This document shows, in pieces, positions 32,538 to 45,536 of a stretch of 64,000 bases of DNA. Positions within the stretch are counted from its first letter, which is position 1, and each line of letters opens with the position of its first letter. The translations under genes were made by a program, and so were the position numbers. The notes below the pieces were generated by a model. It worked only from the letters and a program-made list of their open reading frames with translations. It was not told where the DNA came from and did not search any database. The stretch lies in NCBI RefSeq assembly GCF_009914755.1, contig NC_060929.1. The stretch is one strand, 5' to 3'. This DNA is from the human T2T-CHM13v2.0 reference genome, Homo sapiens.

Positions 32538-33891
32538 TGTTTGTTTGTTTATTTTACTTTAAGTTCTGGTATACATGTGCAGAATGTTCAGGTTTATTAC
32601 ATAGGTATATGTGTGCCATGGTGGTTTGCCGCACCTATTGACCCATCCTCTAAGTTCCCTCCCCTCACTTCCTCACCCCCCAACAGGCCCTGGTATGTGT
32701 TGTTCCCCTCCCTGTGTCCATGTGTTCTGATTGTTCACCTCCCACTTATGAGTGAGAACGTGGGATGTTTGGTTTTCTGTTCCTGTGTTAGTTTGCTGGG
32801 GATGATGGCTTGCAGCTTCATCCATGTCCCTGTAAAAGATATGAGCTCATTCCTTTTTATGGCTGCATAGTATTCCATGGTGTGTATGTACCACATTTTC
32901 TTTATCCAGTCTATCATTGATGGGCATTTGGGTTGGTTCTGACTCTGCTATTTTAAATAGTGCTGCTGCAATAAACATACGTGTGTGTGTGTCTTTATAG
33001 TAGAATGATTTATGTTCCTTTGGATATAGACCCAGTAATGGGATTGCTGGGTCAAGTTGTATTTCTGGTTCTAGATCCTTGAGGAATTGCCATACTGTCT
33101 TCCACAATGGTTGAACTAATTTACATTCCCATCAACAGTGTAAAAGCATTCGTATTTCTCCACAGCCTCTCCAGCATCTATTTTTTCTTGACTTTTTAAT
33201 AATCACCATTGTGATTGGCATGAGAGGTTATCTCATTGTGCTTTTGATTTGCATTTCTTTAACGATCAGTGGAGCTTTTTTTCATGTTTGTTGGCTACAT
33301 AAATGTCTTTTTTTGAGATGTGTCTGTTCATATCCTTTGCCCACTTTTAGAAGGGTTTTTTTTTTCTTGTAAATTTGTTTTAGTTCCTTGAAAATTTTGG
33401 ATATTAGACTTTTGTCACATGGGTAGATTGCAAAAATTTTCTCCCATTCTGTAGGTTGCCTGTTCACTCTGATGATAGTTTCTTTCACTGTGCAGAAGCT
33501 CTTTAGTTTAATTAGATCCCATGTGTCAATTTTGGCTTTTGTTGCAATTGTTTTTGGCATTTTCATCATGAAGTCTTTGCTCATGCCTATGTCCTGAATG
33601 ATTTTGTCTAGGTTTTCTTCTAGAATTTTTATGGTTTTGGGTTTTAAATTTAAATCTTTAATCCATCTGAGTTAATTTTTTTGTAGGGTGTAAGGAAGTG
33701 GTCCAGTTTCAGTTTTCTGCATATGGCTAGCCAGTTTTCTCAGCACCATTTATTGACTAGTAGATCCTTTCCCCATTGCTTGTTTTTGTCAGGTTTGTCA
33801 AGGATCAGTTGGTTGTAGATGTGTGGTGTTATTTCTGAGGTCCCTGTTCTGTTCCATTTGTCTATATATCTGTTTTGGTACTAGTACCATG
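32538..33891 (-). mobile_element. L1PA 3' end, copy 2 (5'-truncated)
   Basis: Second tail ttactttaagttctggtatacatgtgcag; ORF2 remnants [17 protein letters not shown] and WIKKMWYIHTMEYYAAIK in the ORF track. Confidence 0.93.
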
Positions 33892-36247
33892 AATGAATTT
33901 TGAATGAATTAATTGTATCCTCATTACCTGTGAACTTGTCTAGTTATTTTTACTACACTGTAAATTGTTTGAAGGCAGTAATCTAGATTTTATTCATCTT
34001 TGTATCCCTTACGATTATCTGTCACATGATTCCCTAATAAATGCCTGTTGATTTATATCAATACCTTAAAGAAAACATTTTTGTTAATAATTCTGCTCTC
34101 CTTAAATAATTTTAAATATCAGTACTTCAAATGTAGTTTAAAAATAAAAATATAATAGTTGATTTAAAAGCAAACATGTTATTCATTTGTTTATAGACTT
34201 TCAAAGTTTTTATTAATTGTTTTCTCTCAGTGGGAGATCATCATGCGTTAATGTTGCTCCAATAGGCTGGCCAGTCAGGTGCTGTTTCACTTGCATGTAA
34301 CTTTTATATTAAATTGAGTTAGAACCAACACTTTCAAATTAAGAAAGCATAGGAGGAGTTTTAAATATTATGTCCATAGGTAGTGAAGGTCAGCATATGT
34401 TAATTGGTAATGAATGATATTATTTTGGTAGCTAAGCTTTGGTGACTGTTCATTTCTGCGTTTAAGTGCTTCTGAAAAAAGACCTCGCTTTGTATTCATG
34501 TGAGGTTAGTTTTTTGGTTTGTACTTGCATGCTTAGTGGCTTTTTGTGACTTTGTTTCTATCTTGCTGTGGCAGCTTAATATTTTATTCAAACACAGTCA
34601 CTCTATTTGTGACTTCTAACTGTCAGTATTGAAGCATGTAAAAGGTAGGAAATACCTTATGATAATTCATCTTGTACTTTATTTTATAGTCTTTATACAA
34701 ACATATTCTGATAATATAACTTGAACCATAAACTAATTTTGATAGGTTTTTATTAGTCAAGGATTATAAATTCAAGCTGTATTGAATTTCCTTCTAGTTA
34801 ATAAGAATATATGTTGGGGGAAGAATGAAGGATTTCTTATTTCTGTTACATAGTTTTTATTCACGTATTTCTGATTTTTATAAATTAGTGTACTTTCAGT
34901 AGTATAGTTGAATCTCTATATCAATGTTAAAATAAATAAATGAATATTTTCAACCATAAAACATAATCCTGTTAAAAAATAAATTGCCCCTACAATTTAG
35001 GCAATTTATTACTAATTACAAAAAAGCAAATATTTAAAACTAATTAAATTTCATGTTAGGTAAAAACAATATTTCCATCTTTGTACTTGGAGAATGTAAA
35101 AATTGCCAGTTGTGGAGGCAAAAGTTGAAAAACAGGAGACATTTTATACAGATACTTGCATATACCCTTATATTCACAAGAAATACTGTGGGAATCCGAT
35201 TATCCTTCCAAGGAAACTAGTTATCTGTTTTACATTTTGCTTTTTAATAACTTCCATTTCTGTTTAAAAACTGTGTATTTATAGATTTATTTTATGTAAA
35301 TTAAACTTCTGATTTTAGAAAACAGCAATTTTAATGGTTTTTTAAAAAAGTTTTAAATCAGTATTTATGGTGAATTGAAAACTCAACATGTAAGCACTCA
35401 CTTAATCCTAAATACCAAATTAAATAACATTAAACAAGATAGATTTAAATAAATCTAAATGGTCAATACTTTGTAGGATTTTTACTAGTTTTGCTTTTTA
35501 AAAATATACTTTTTAAAAGTAGATACTGTTGCTAATAACATGCATACACTTTTGTGTAATATTCTGTTTCTGCCTGATTTATACTTACTATGCAGGAAAT
35601 CATAGAAACTATTGTTTAAAAATCTCATTTTTTTAACCTCGTCATGCCAGGCATATTGGCCTATGCCTGTAATCCCAGCACGTTGGGAGGCCAGGGTGGG
35701 AGGATTGCTTGAGGCCAGAAGTTGGAGACCAGCCTGGGATTATTGTTGTTGTTTTTTAACTGGTGAATTTGGAAAGATCTTTATAGTTATAAATTGTACT
35801 TTGTCAGATATATGGCTTGCAGATATGGCTTGCAGATATTTGCTCCCAATCTGTAGCTGGTCTTATTCTTATTTTTATTTTTATGTAATAGAATTTTTTT
35901 AGAGCAGTTTTAAGTTAACAGCAAAATTTGGAGAAAGGTACAGAGATTTCCCACATACTTCCACCCACTACATATCCTCTGTTATCAATATTTCTCACCA
36001 GAGTGGTATATTTGTTTACAATTGATGAACCTACACTGATATGTCATTATCCCCCAAAGACTGTAGTTTACATTAGGGTTCACTCTTGGCATTGTACATA
36101 TTATGGGTTTGGAAAAATATACAGTGACATGTATGCACCATTATAGCATCATAGAGGGTAGTTTCACTGTCCTAAAAATCCTCTGTACTCCAACTATTCA
36201 TTCCTCTCTTCCCTCTAAACCCTGGCAACCACTGATCTTTTTACTGT

Positions 36248-36613
36248 TGTATGAGTCTATTTTCACACTGCTGATAAAGACATACCTGAGACTGGGAATT
36301 TTACAAAAGAAAGAGGTTTATTGGACTTACAGTTCCACATGACTGGGGAGGCCTCACAATCATGGTGGAAGGCAAGGAGGAGCAAGTCACATCTTACGTG
36401 GATGGCAGCAGGCAAAGAGAGAGCTTCTGTAGAGAAACTCCCATTTTTAAAACCATCAGATCTCGTGAGACCCATTCACGATCACGAGAATAGCAAGGGA
36501 AAGACCCACCCCCATGATTCAGTCATCTCCCACAGGGTCCCTCCCACAACATGTGGGAATTATGGGAGCTACAAGATGAGATTTGGGTGGGGACACAGAA
36601 CCAAATCATATCA
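36248..36613 (-). mobile_element. THE1 (THE1C-like) solo LTR
   Basis: tgtatgagtc...gagatttgggtggggacacagaaccaaatcatatca; 5-bp TSD ACTGT at 36243-36247 and 36614-36618. Confidence 0.92.
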
Positions 36614-38594
36614 ACTGTCTTCATAGTATTGCTTTTTTCAGAATGTCATATAGGTATAATTGTGTCATATATAGCCTTTTCTGATAGACTTCTTTCATTT
36701 AGTAAGGTGCATTTAAATTTCTCCATGTCTTTTCATGGCTTGATAGTTCAGTTCTTTTTAGTGCTGAATAATATTCCATTGTTTGTATTTACCACAGTTC
36801 ATCTATTCACCTACTGAAAGACATCTTGGTTGCTTCCAAGTTTTGGCAATTATGAATAAATCTGCTGTAAACATTGATGTTCAATGTTCAGGTTTTTGTG
36901 TGGATATAAAATTTCAACTCTTTCCATACCAAGGACTTACGGGGCATTTAATTTAATCATAGTTAATATGATTGCATTTTGTATGGTAAGAGTATGTTTA
37001 GTTTTGTAAGAAACTGCCAAACTGTCTTCCAAAGTGGCCATACCATTTTGCATTCTTACCAGCAATAAATGAAAGTTCCTGTTGTTCCACATCCTCACCA
37101 GCATTTAGTGTAAACAGCGTCCTGGATTTTGGCTGTTCTGATAAATGTGAGGTGGTGTCTCAATGTTGTTTTAATGTGCATTTCCTAGAAATCATGTGAT
37201 GTGGAGCATCTTTTCATATGCTTATTTTCTGTCCGTGTATATTATTTGGTGAGTTGTCTGTTAAGGTCTGTGGCCCATTTTTAAATTGGGTTGTTTTCTT
37301 ATTATTCTTTGTACATTTTGGATAACAGTCCTTTTTCAGAAATATCTGTTATAAATATATTTTCCCAGTTTGTGGTTTATCTTTTCATTCTCTTGACAGT
37401 GTGTTTCAAAGAGCAGAAAATATAATTTTAATGAAGTTCAGCTTATTCTTTCTTTCATGGATTGTGCCTTTGGTGTTAAATCTCAAAAGTCATATTCAAA
37501 CTCAAGGGAATCTAAATTTTCTCCTATGTTGTCCTCTAGGAGTTTTACTTTTGCATTTTACATTTTGGCCTATGATTAATTTTGAGTTAATTTTTGTGAA
37601 GTGTGTAAGATCTGTGTCTAGGCTCTTTTTTTTTTTTGCAAGTGGATGTCCAATTGTTCTAGCACCATATAGTGAAAAGACTATCTTTTCTTGGTTGTAT
37701 TGCTTTCTTTGTCAAAGATCAGTTGACTGTATTTTTGTTGATCTATTTGTATACTCTCTATTCTGTTCTATCGGTCTATTTGTCTGTTCTTTTGCTCATG
37801 CCACACTTGTCTTGATTACTGTAACTTTATTGTAAGTCTTGAAACTGGGCAGTATCAGTCTTCCAACTTTATTCTTTTCCTTTAATGCTGTGTTGGCTAT
37901 TCTGGGTCTTTTGCCAGCATCTATTTACTGATCTACACAAAATAACTTGATAAGATTTTGATTGGGATTAAATTGAATCTATAAATGAAATTGGGAAGAA
38001 TTGACATTTTGACAATATTGACTCTTCTTGTCCATGAACATGGAATATCTCTTCATTTATTTAGTTCTTTGATTTCTTTAATCAAAAGTGTGTAAGTTTT
38101 TCTCATATTCATCTTGAACATATTTTGTTAGATTTATATGTAAGTATGTCATTTTGGAGGCTACCAATATAAATGTTGTTGTGATTTTACTTTCAAATTG
38201 TACTTGTTCATTGCTGGTATGTAGGAAAGCAATTGACTTTTGTGTATTAGCCTTGAAGCCTGCCATTGCTGTAATTGCATATTAGTTCAAGGAGTTCGTT
38301 GGGTCAATTCTTTCAGATTTTCTACACAGTCAATCTTGTCATCTGTGAACAAACACAGTTTTATTTTATTTTTTCCGATCAGTACACTTTAAAAATCTCC
38401 TTCTTATCTCACTGCATTAGCTAGGACTTCCAGTAAGATGTTGAGAAGGAGAGGTGACGGGACAACCTTGCCTTGTTCCGGATTTTAGTAGGATCAAAAT
38501 AATAAAATACTAATTACCACCTCCATCCTTTGTACCATTGCTGTTATTTATTACACTTATAGATAAACATACATAAGCATATATCTGTATACAC

Positions 38595-38762
38595 ACACAT
38601 AAGCATACATAATCGAATATATTGTTGCTGCTATTTTGAACAAATGCTTATGTGTTAGATCGACTGAGAGTGAGAAAAACACATAAGCATACATAATCAA
38701 ATATATTGTTGCTGCTATTTTGAACAGATGCTTATGTGTTAGATCAATTGAGAGTAAGAAAA
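38595..38762. repeat. 84-bp tandem duplication (2 copies)
   Basis: acacataagcatacataatc(g/a)aatatattgttgctgctattttgaaca...gaaaa at 38595 and 38679; 5 mismatches. Confidence 0.95.
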
Positions 38763-39715
38763 ACAAATGTTCTTTAAATCTTACCTTCACTTATTCATCT
38801 CCAGTGCTTTTCTTTATATAGATCTCAATTTCTGACCTCTATCATTTTTCTTCCCCCTGAAGAACTTTTCTTTTGGACATTTCTTGCAAGTTGGATCTAC
38901 TGGCAACAAACTCCCTCAATATTTATGTTTGAGAAACTATTTCTCTTTCACTTTTGAAGGATAATTTTTCAAGGTACATAATTCTAGGTTAGTGGGTTTT
39001 TTTTTTTAATTTTTTACTTTTTATCTTAAGATTTTAAATAATTCACTTCACTCCCTTCTTGCTTATATGGTTTTGGAGGTAATGTCAATGTAATTATTCT
39101 CTTTGCTCTTTGATAGGTAATGTCTTTTTTCCACTGTCTTCTTTCAGGATTTTTTCTTTATCTTTTATTTTCTGTAGTTTGAATTGTGATAAGCCTAGGT
39201 GTAGTTTTTTGTTGTTGTTGGTTGTTTGTTTTTTAATCATTATCCTGCTTGGAGTTTTCTGAGCTTTTTGGATTGGTGGTTTAGTGCTGACATTGATTTG
39301 GTGAAATTGTCATTTATTATTGTTTCAAATATTTTTTCTGTTCCTTTCTCTCATTCTTCTTTTGGTATTCCCATTACATGTATGTTACACCTTTTTTAGT
39401 TGTCCCACAGTTTTTGTATATTCTGCTCTGTATTTTTTCAGTCTATTTTCTGTTGGCTTTGTAGTTTTTTTTTTTAGGTATCTATTGGGATATCCCTTAG
39501 ATATTCTTTCCTCAGCTGTGTCCAGTCTACTAGACTGAGCCTATCAACTTAATTGAACCCAACATAGGCATTCTTCATTTCTGTTACAGTGTTTTTGATC
39601 TCTGGTGTTTCTTTTTGGTTCTGTCTTAGAATTTTCATTTCTCTGCTTACATTGCCCATCTGTTCTTATATGCAGTCTATTTTATCCATTAGAACCCTTA
39701 GCATATTAATCATAG

Positions 39716-40199
<484 letters not shown>

Positions 40200-41249
40200 T
40201 AGTAATGTGGCAGTAAGGTGTTGGGGGATAGGAAGCATTCTACAGTCCAATGATTATATCTCAGTCTTTTAATGAGTCTCTGTGTCTCTGGGTGTGACCT
40301 TCACAGATGTTTGTTAGCACTATCCCCGTCTCCCAAGGTAAGACAGCATGGCTAGTATGGGCTGCAATTGGTATTTCCTATTTCCCTTCCTATAAGTTAG
40401 TTAGACTCTGATAGAACCCCAGCAGGCTCTGACTAAATAGTTTCTCCTGAAGGAAAGACCTTATTAAGAACAGAATGTTCTAGCTTATTTAAAAATGATT
40501 TTGTTTTCCCTCCCTCTGTCAGAAGTAATAGGGTTTTTTTTTTTTCCCCCACCCTGTCATACATACTGTGAGAACCATATTGATTTACTGGAGGTGAAAC
40601 TAATAAAAGTATGAAGGCTGTCTTATGACTGAGTCCCCCTGGCTTTTTAAGTTTCCCACTTGTTGGCACTGAGCCTTCAGCAGTTTGTCAATTACAGTTC
40701 AGTTTTTCCTACCCTGCACTGGTTCCTGCAGAGTTTTCTGCTTCAGTTTGATGGGATTCTTTGCAGTCACCTGTTCCTCCAGTTTGTGGGGCAGTGGTTT
40801 GCCGTGTGACTTCATTTCTCTTACTGATCCTAGAAGAGTTGTAGATTTTTCAGTTTGTTTAGCTTTTCTTGTTGGTAGGATGGCCTAGTGACTTCCAAGT
40901 ATTTTTTTTTTTTTTAAGAGATGAAATTTTGCTATGTTGCCCAAGCTGGACTCAAACTCATGGCCTTAAATGATCCTCCCCCTTCAACCTCCTGCATAGA
41001 CCACGTTTCTTACATGCCCAGTAGAAGCCAGAAGTTGCAACTTGTTTTATCTTGTTCACATGAGCAAAATATTTTACTTTTGATGAGGTCCATTTTATTC
41101 ATTTTTTCTTTTTTGGATTGTGGTTTTGGTATCAAATCTAAGGACTCTGCCTAGCTTTAGATCTGAAAGATTTCCTCCTGTATTTTTTTTCTCTAAATGT
41201 TAGCAGCTTTATGTTTACATGTAAGTCCATAATCCTTTTGAGTTAAATT

Positions 41250-41392
41250 TTTGTTTTCTTTTTATTTTTTTGGTAGAGATGGGGTCGCGCTTTGTTGCCT
41301 AGGCTGATCTTGAACTCCTGGGCTCAAGCAATATGCCTGCTTTGGCCTCTCAGAGTGCTGGGATTACAGGTATGAGCCACTGTGCAAGGACT
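41250..41392 (-). mobile_element. FLAM/Alu left monomer
   Basis: gtagagatggggtcgcgc...gtgctgggattacaggtatgagccactg. Confidence 0.85.
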
Positions 41393-42697
41393 GAGTTAAA
41401 TTTTGTAACAGTTGCCAGTCAAGTTTCTTTTTTCTTTTCTGCCAATAGATGCCTAATTGCCCCTGTACTGTTTGTTGAAAAGGCTATTCTTCTTCTATTG
41501 AATTACTGTTAGCCCTTTGTCAAAAATCAGTTAAACATATTTGTGTTGGTTATTCCTGGATTCTCTGTTCTGTTTCATTGATCTATTTTCTGTCTTCTAC
41601 TAATAGTACACTGTCTTGATTTCTGTAGCTCTACAGCAGGCTGGACCATATTTCTTTGAATTATCTTTCAGTCTGGCTCTCTTTCTCTTCTCCTTGCACT
41701 CTGATGATACAAATGTTGGATCTTTTGTTGTTGTCCCACAGGTCCGTGAGGCTTTCTTAATTTTTTCTATTTTTTTCTGTGTTGTTTGGATTGGGTGAAT
41801 TCTGTTGTTCTGTCCATAAGCTCATTGACTGTATCCTGTGTCATCTTCACTCTACTATTGAGCCTATCTAGCTTGTCTTTTGTTATTGCATTTCTTAGTT
41901 ACATAATTTTCATCTGGTTATTTTTATAACTTTTATTTCCTTGCTTTGATCTTCTATTTTTACATTTGTTTTAAGAGAATTTACAATTGATTGTTGAAGC
42001 ATTTTTACGATGGTTGTTTTAAAATTCTTGTCAGATAATTTCAACATCTGATTCATCTAGGTGTTTGCATTGGTTGATTGTCTTCTCTCATTCAAGTTAT
42101 GATTTTTCTTGGTTCTTGGTGTGACAGGTGATTTCCATTTGAAACTTAAATATTTTGTCTAATATGTTAGGAGATTCTGAGGGCTAGTTCAACCTTTTAT
42201 TTTCACAAGCAATCATCCTGTTTAGGTTTATCATGCAGGTCTTAGCCTATATTTTTGTGGGTTGTGCTTCCAATGATAGTTTAATTTTGAGTCTGCACTG
42301 TTGTTTTGGTTGGCTTCTTGTATCTAGTGGCACTAGGGCTCCCACTGGTCTCTGCTGATGCTGCCTGAGGGAGTAGGGATTCATTCTTAGGCTGAGTTAG
42401 TGTATATCTATTGCTGGGGAAGGGATGGGCTGGGATTTCCTTACCATGCTCCCTGCTACCCTGATGTCTCTGGACAGGGGAGGAGAGTCTTGGACATGTG
42501 GAGAACAAGAGGCTTCCTGAGATTGGATATCTAGCAAAACTGGGTTTGGCTTGCCAGTTCTGACTGCCTGTTCTGATGTCTGTGGGTAGAGAAGGAGATC
42601 CTCAGACCTGTGAAGGCTGAGGTTCTTGACTGGTTCCTGACTAGGCCCTCTGGTTTCATGCCTGTCTTTGTTTCTCTTGATGGAAAAGGGGAATCTC

Positions 42698-44220
42698 GAT
42701 TTGCCATCATCATGACTGAGCAGATGACCCTTTGTGGCACCCTCAGGGCCCCAACGGCTGGGTAAACCAGACCACTGCTACTCCACAGTTCCTGGACAAG
42801 ATCCTGTCCACCTCTCAAGACAAGAGCATCATTACGTAGAAATTGAGCAGGGAAGATTCCAACTATGGCATCCCACAACATGCTCTGTGGGGTCACTCCC
42901 ACTTTTTTAGTGACTTGGTCACCTCCTCAGATGGTCACATTACCCTCTCAAGCTCCTTGGATGGAACCCCATGCCTCTAGGATTTCACAATGGGCATCAC
43001 CGTGAGACAATTTGTGGGCCATACCAAGGACGTGCTGAATGTGGCCTCCCCTGACAACCAGCAGATTGTCTGTGGATCATGAGATAAAACCTCAAGTTAT
43101 AGAAAACCCTGGGTGCCAAGACCAGCTTGTTCGTGGAGACCCTAACTCAGCGGCGCTAGAGGAATTAAAGACGCACACACAGAAATATAACATGTGGAGT
43201 GGGAAATCAGGGGTCTCACAGGCTTCAGAGCTGAGAGCCCCAAACAGAGATTTACCCACATATTTATTGACAGCAAGCCAGTGATAAGCATTGTTTCTGT
43301 AGATTATAGATTTACTAAAAGTATTCCTTACGGGAAACAAAGGGATGGGCTGAAACAAAGGGATGGGCTCTGGCTAATTATCTGCAGCAGGAACATGTCC
43401 CTCAGGCACAGATCGCTCCTGCTATAGTTTGTGGTTTAGGAATGCCTTAAGTGGTTTTCTCGCCCTGGGTGGGCCAGGTGTTTCTTGCCCTCATTCCGGT
43501 AAACTGACAGCCTTATAGCATGGGAGTCATGGCCATCATGAACATATCACAGTGCTGCAGAGATTTTATGGCCAGTTTTGGGGCCAGTTTATGGCCAGAT
43601 TTGGGGGCCTGTTCCCAACACCTGGGTGTATGCAGATACACTGTCTAGTATGAGAGTCACAGAGTGGGTGTCTTGTGTTCGCTTCTTGCCTAACAGCAGC
43701 AACCCTATCACTGTCTCCTGTAGCTGGGACAAGCTGGTCAAGGTATGGAATCTGGCTAACTGCAAGCTGAAGACCAACCACATTGGCCACACAGGTTATC
43801 TGAACACTGTGACTATGTCTCCAAATGGATCCCTCTGTGCATCTGGAGGCAAGGATGGCCAGGCCATGCTGTGGGATCTCAACGAAGGCAAACACCTTTA
43901 TATGCCAGATGGTGGGGGCATTATCAACACCCTGTGCTTCAGCCCCAACTGCTACTGGCTCTGTGCTGCCATGGGCCCCAGCATCAAGATCTGGGACTTA
44001 GGGGTAAATATCATCGTAGATGAACTGAAGCAAGAAGTTATTAGTACTGGCAGCAAGGCAGAACCACCCCAGTGTACCTCCCTGGCCTGGTCTGTTGGTG
44101 GTCATTTGTTTGCTGGCTACACAGACAACCTGGTGTGAGTGTGGCAGGTGACATGGGCACCTGCTAGAAGTTTATGGCAGAGCTTTAGAAATTAAGAAAC
44201 GAACAAACTGGAAAAAAAAA
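42698..44220 (+). pseudogene. RACK1P1: Processed RACK1 (GNB2L1) pseudogene, interrupted by a MER9 LTR
   Basis: ATGACTGAGCAGATGACCCTT (RACK1 MTEQMTL) at 42712; intronless; WD40 peptide [38 protein letters not shown]..; ancestral stop TAG 44165-44167; 3' UTR and poly(A) to ~44221; degenerate TSD aaaaggggaatctc (42684-42697) / aaaagtggggagtctc (44218-44233); frameshift and premature stops. The symbol number is from recall. Confidence 0.93.
43114..43620 (-). mobile_element. MER9 (HERV-K HML-3) solo LTR, 507 bp
   Basis: Minus strand starts TGTTGGGAACAGGCCCCCAAATCTGGCCATAAACTGGCCCCAAAACTGGCCAT and ends ...TTGGCA; perfect 6-bp TSD CCTGGG at 43108-43113 and 43621-43626. Confidence 0.9.
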
Positions 44221-45055
44221 AGTGGGGAGTCTCAGGCCTTATGGTGAAGGAGAGTGTTTCCCCTGGCTGTTTGTTTTTTTTGAGGTTCCTAGTTAATCTC
44301 TCTTGCTGGTGGTGTCTGGCTTCCTTGATATTTGTCAGAGGGACATCTATTCTATTCTGGGAGGAATTAGCCTGCATGGGCTGCCTTCTGCCCCTAGGCT
44401 GTGGCTGGGAAAAACCAGGTCTGTGTGGCCTTCTTCACTTGGGTGAGGTAGGCGTAAGTCATCCTGCCTCTGTGCTGTTCTTCTTGTTGTAGGGTTACAA
44501 AGGAGTTTGCCTTCTTCTTTCCACCTTCCAGAGTTCTTCGTTTGTCTCTTGCAGTATTTGTTTATATTTGTGCTTAGTGGGGATTAACTGGAAAAAATGG
44601 TCTGTGCCATCTTGTCTGGACCACAAGCTGGGTTTTCCTTCTAATTTCAGTTTCTGTGGCATGTGAGTGTGCAGGTAAACAAGTGGAGAGATACTCAGCA
44701 ACACCCTGAGTTTGGCTTTGTTGGAGGCCCTGAGATTTACTCACTTTTAAAAGAGTTCATTAAACATCCTCTATGCCTGGACTTAAATTTCATTCACCAG
44801 TTCATCATAGAGTTCTGGAAAATTGTAAGCCAGTGCTGTCCTCCCTATGTTTTCTAAAGCCCTATGCTGGTACAGAGGGACTTTCTCTTTAGATATTTTC
44901 TTGACTTTCCCTAGTTTGGTCTATTCACTCTCTGCCTGCTTCTTTTCATATTGGAGTATCCAGTGTGAAGTCTCAGGATTTTGTTAACTTTTCTTTGCCA
45001 GAATATCTTCTGGCCTGGTTGGGGTAGTATTGGACTCACTGAAACCATGCTGTGA

Positions 45056-45413
<358 letters not shown>

Positions 45414-45536
45414 AAATTTTTGTTTTTTCTTAAACCCTATTTTTTTTCACTATTGTCAGTAGGAGCTTTTGAAGTACTGCTTGATGATGAGATTTTTGCA
45501 GTTTTTACATCTTCCTCTAACTTTTGACATTGCTAA

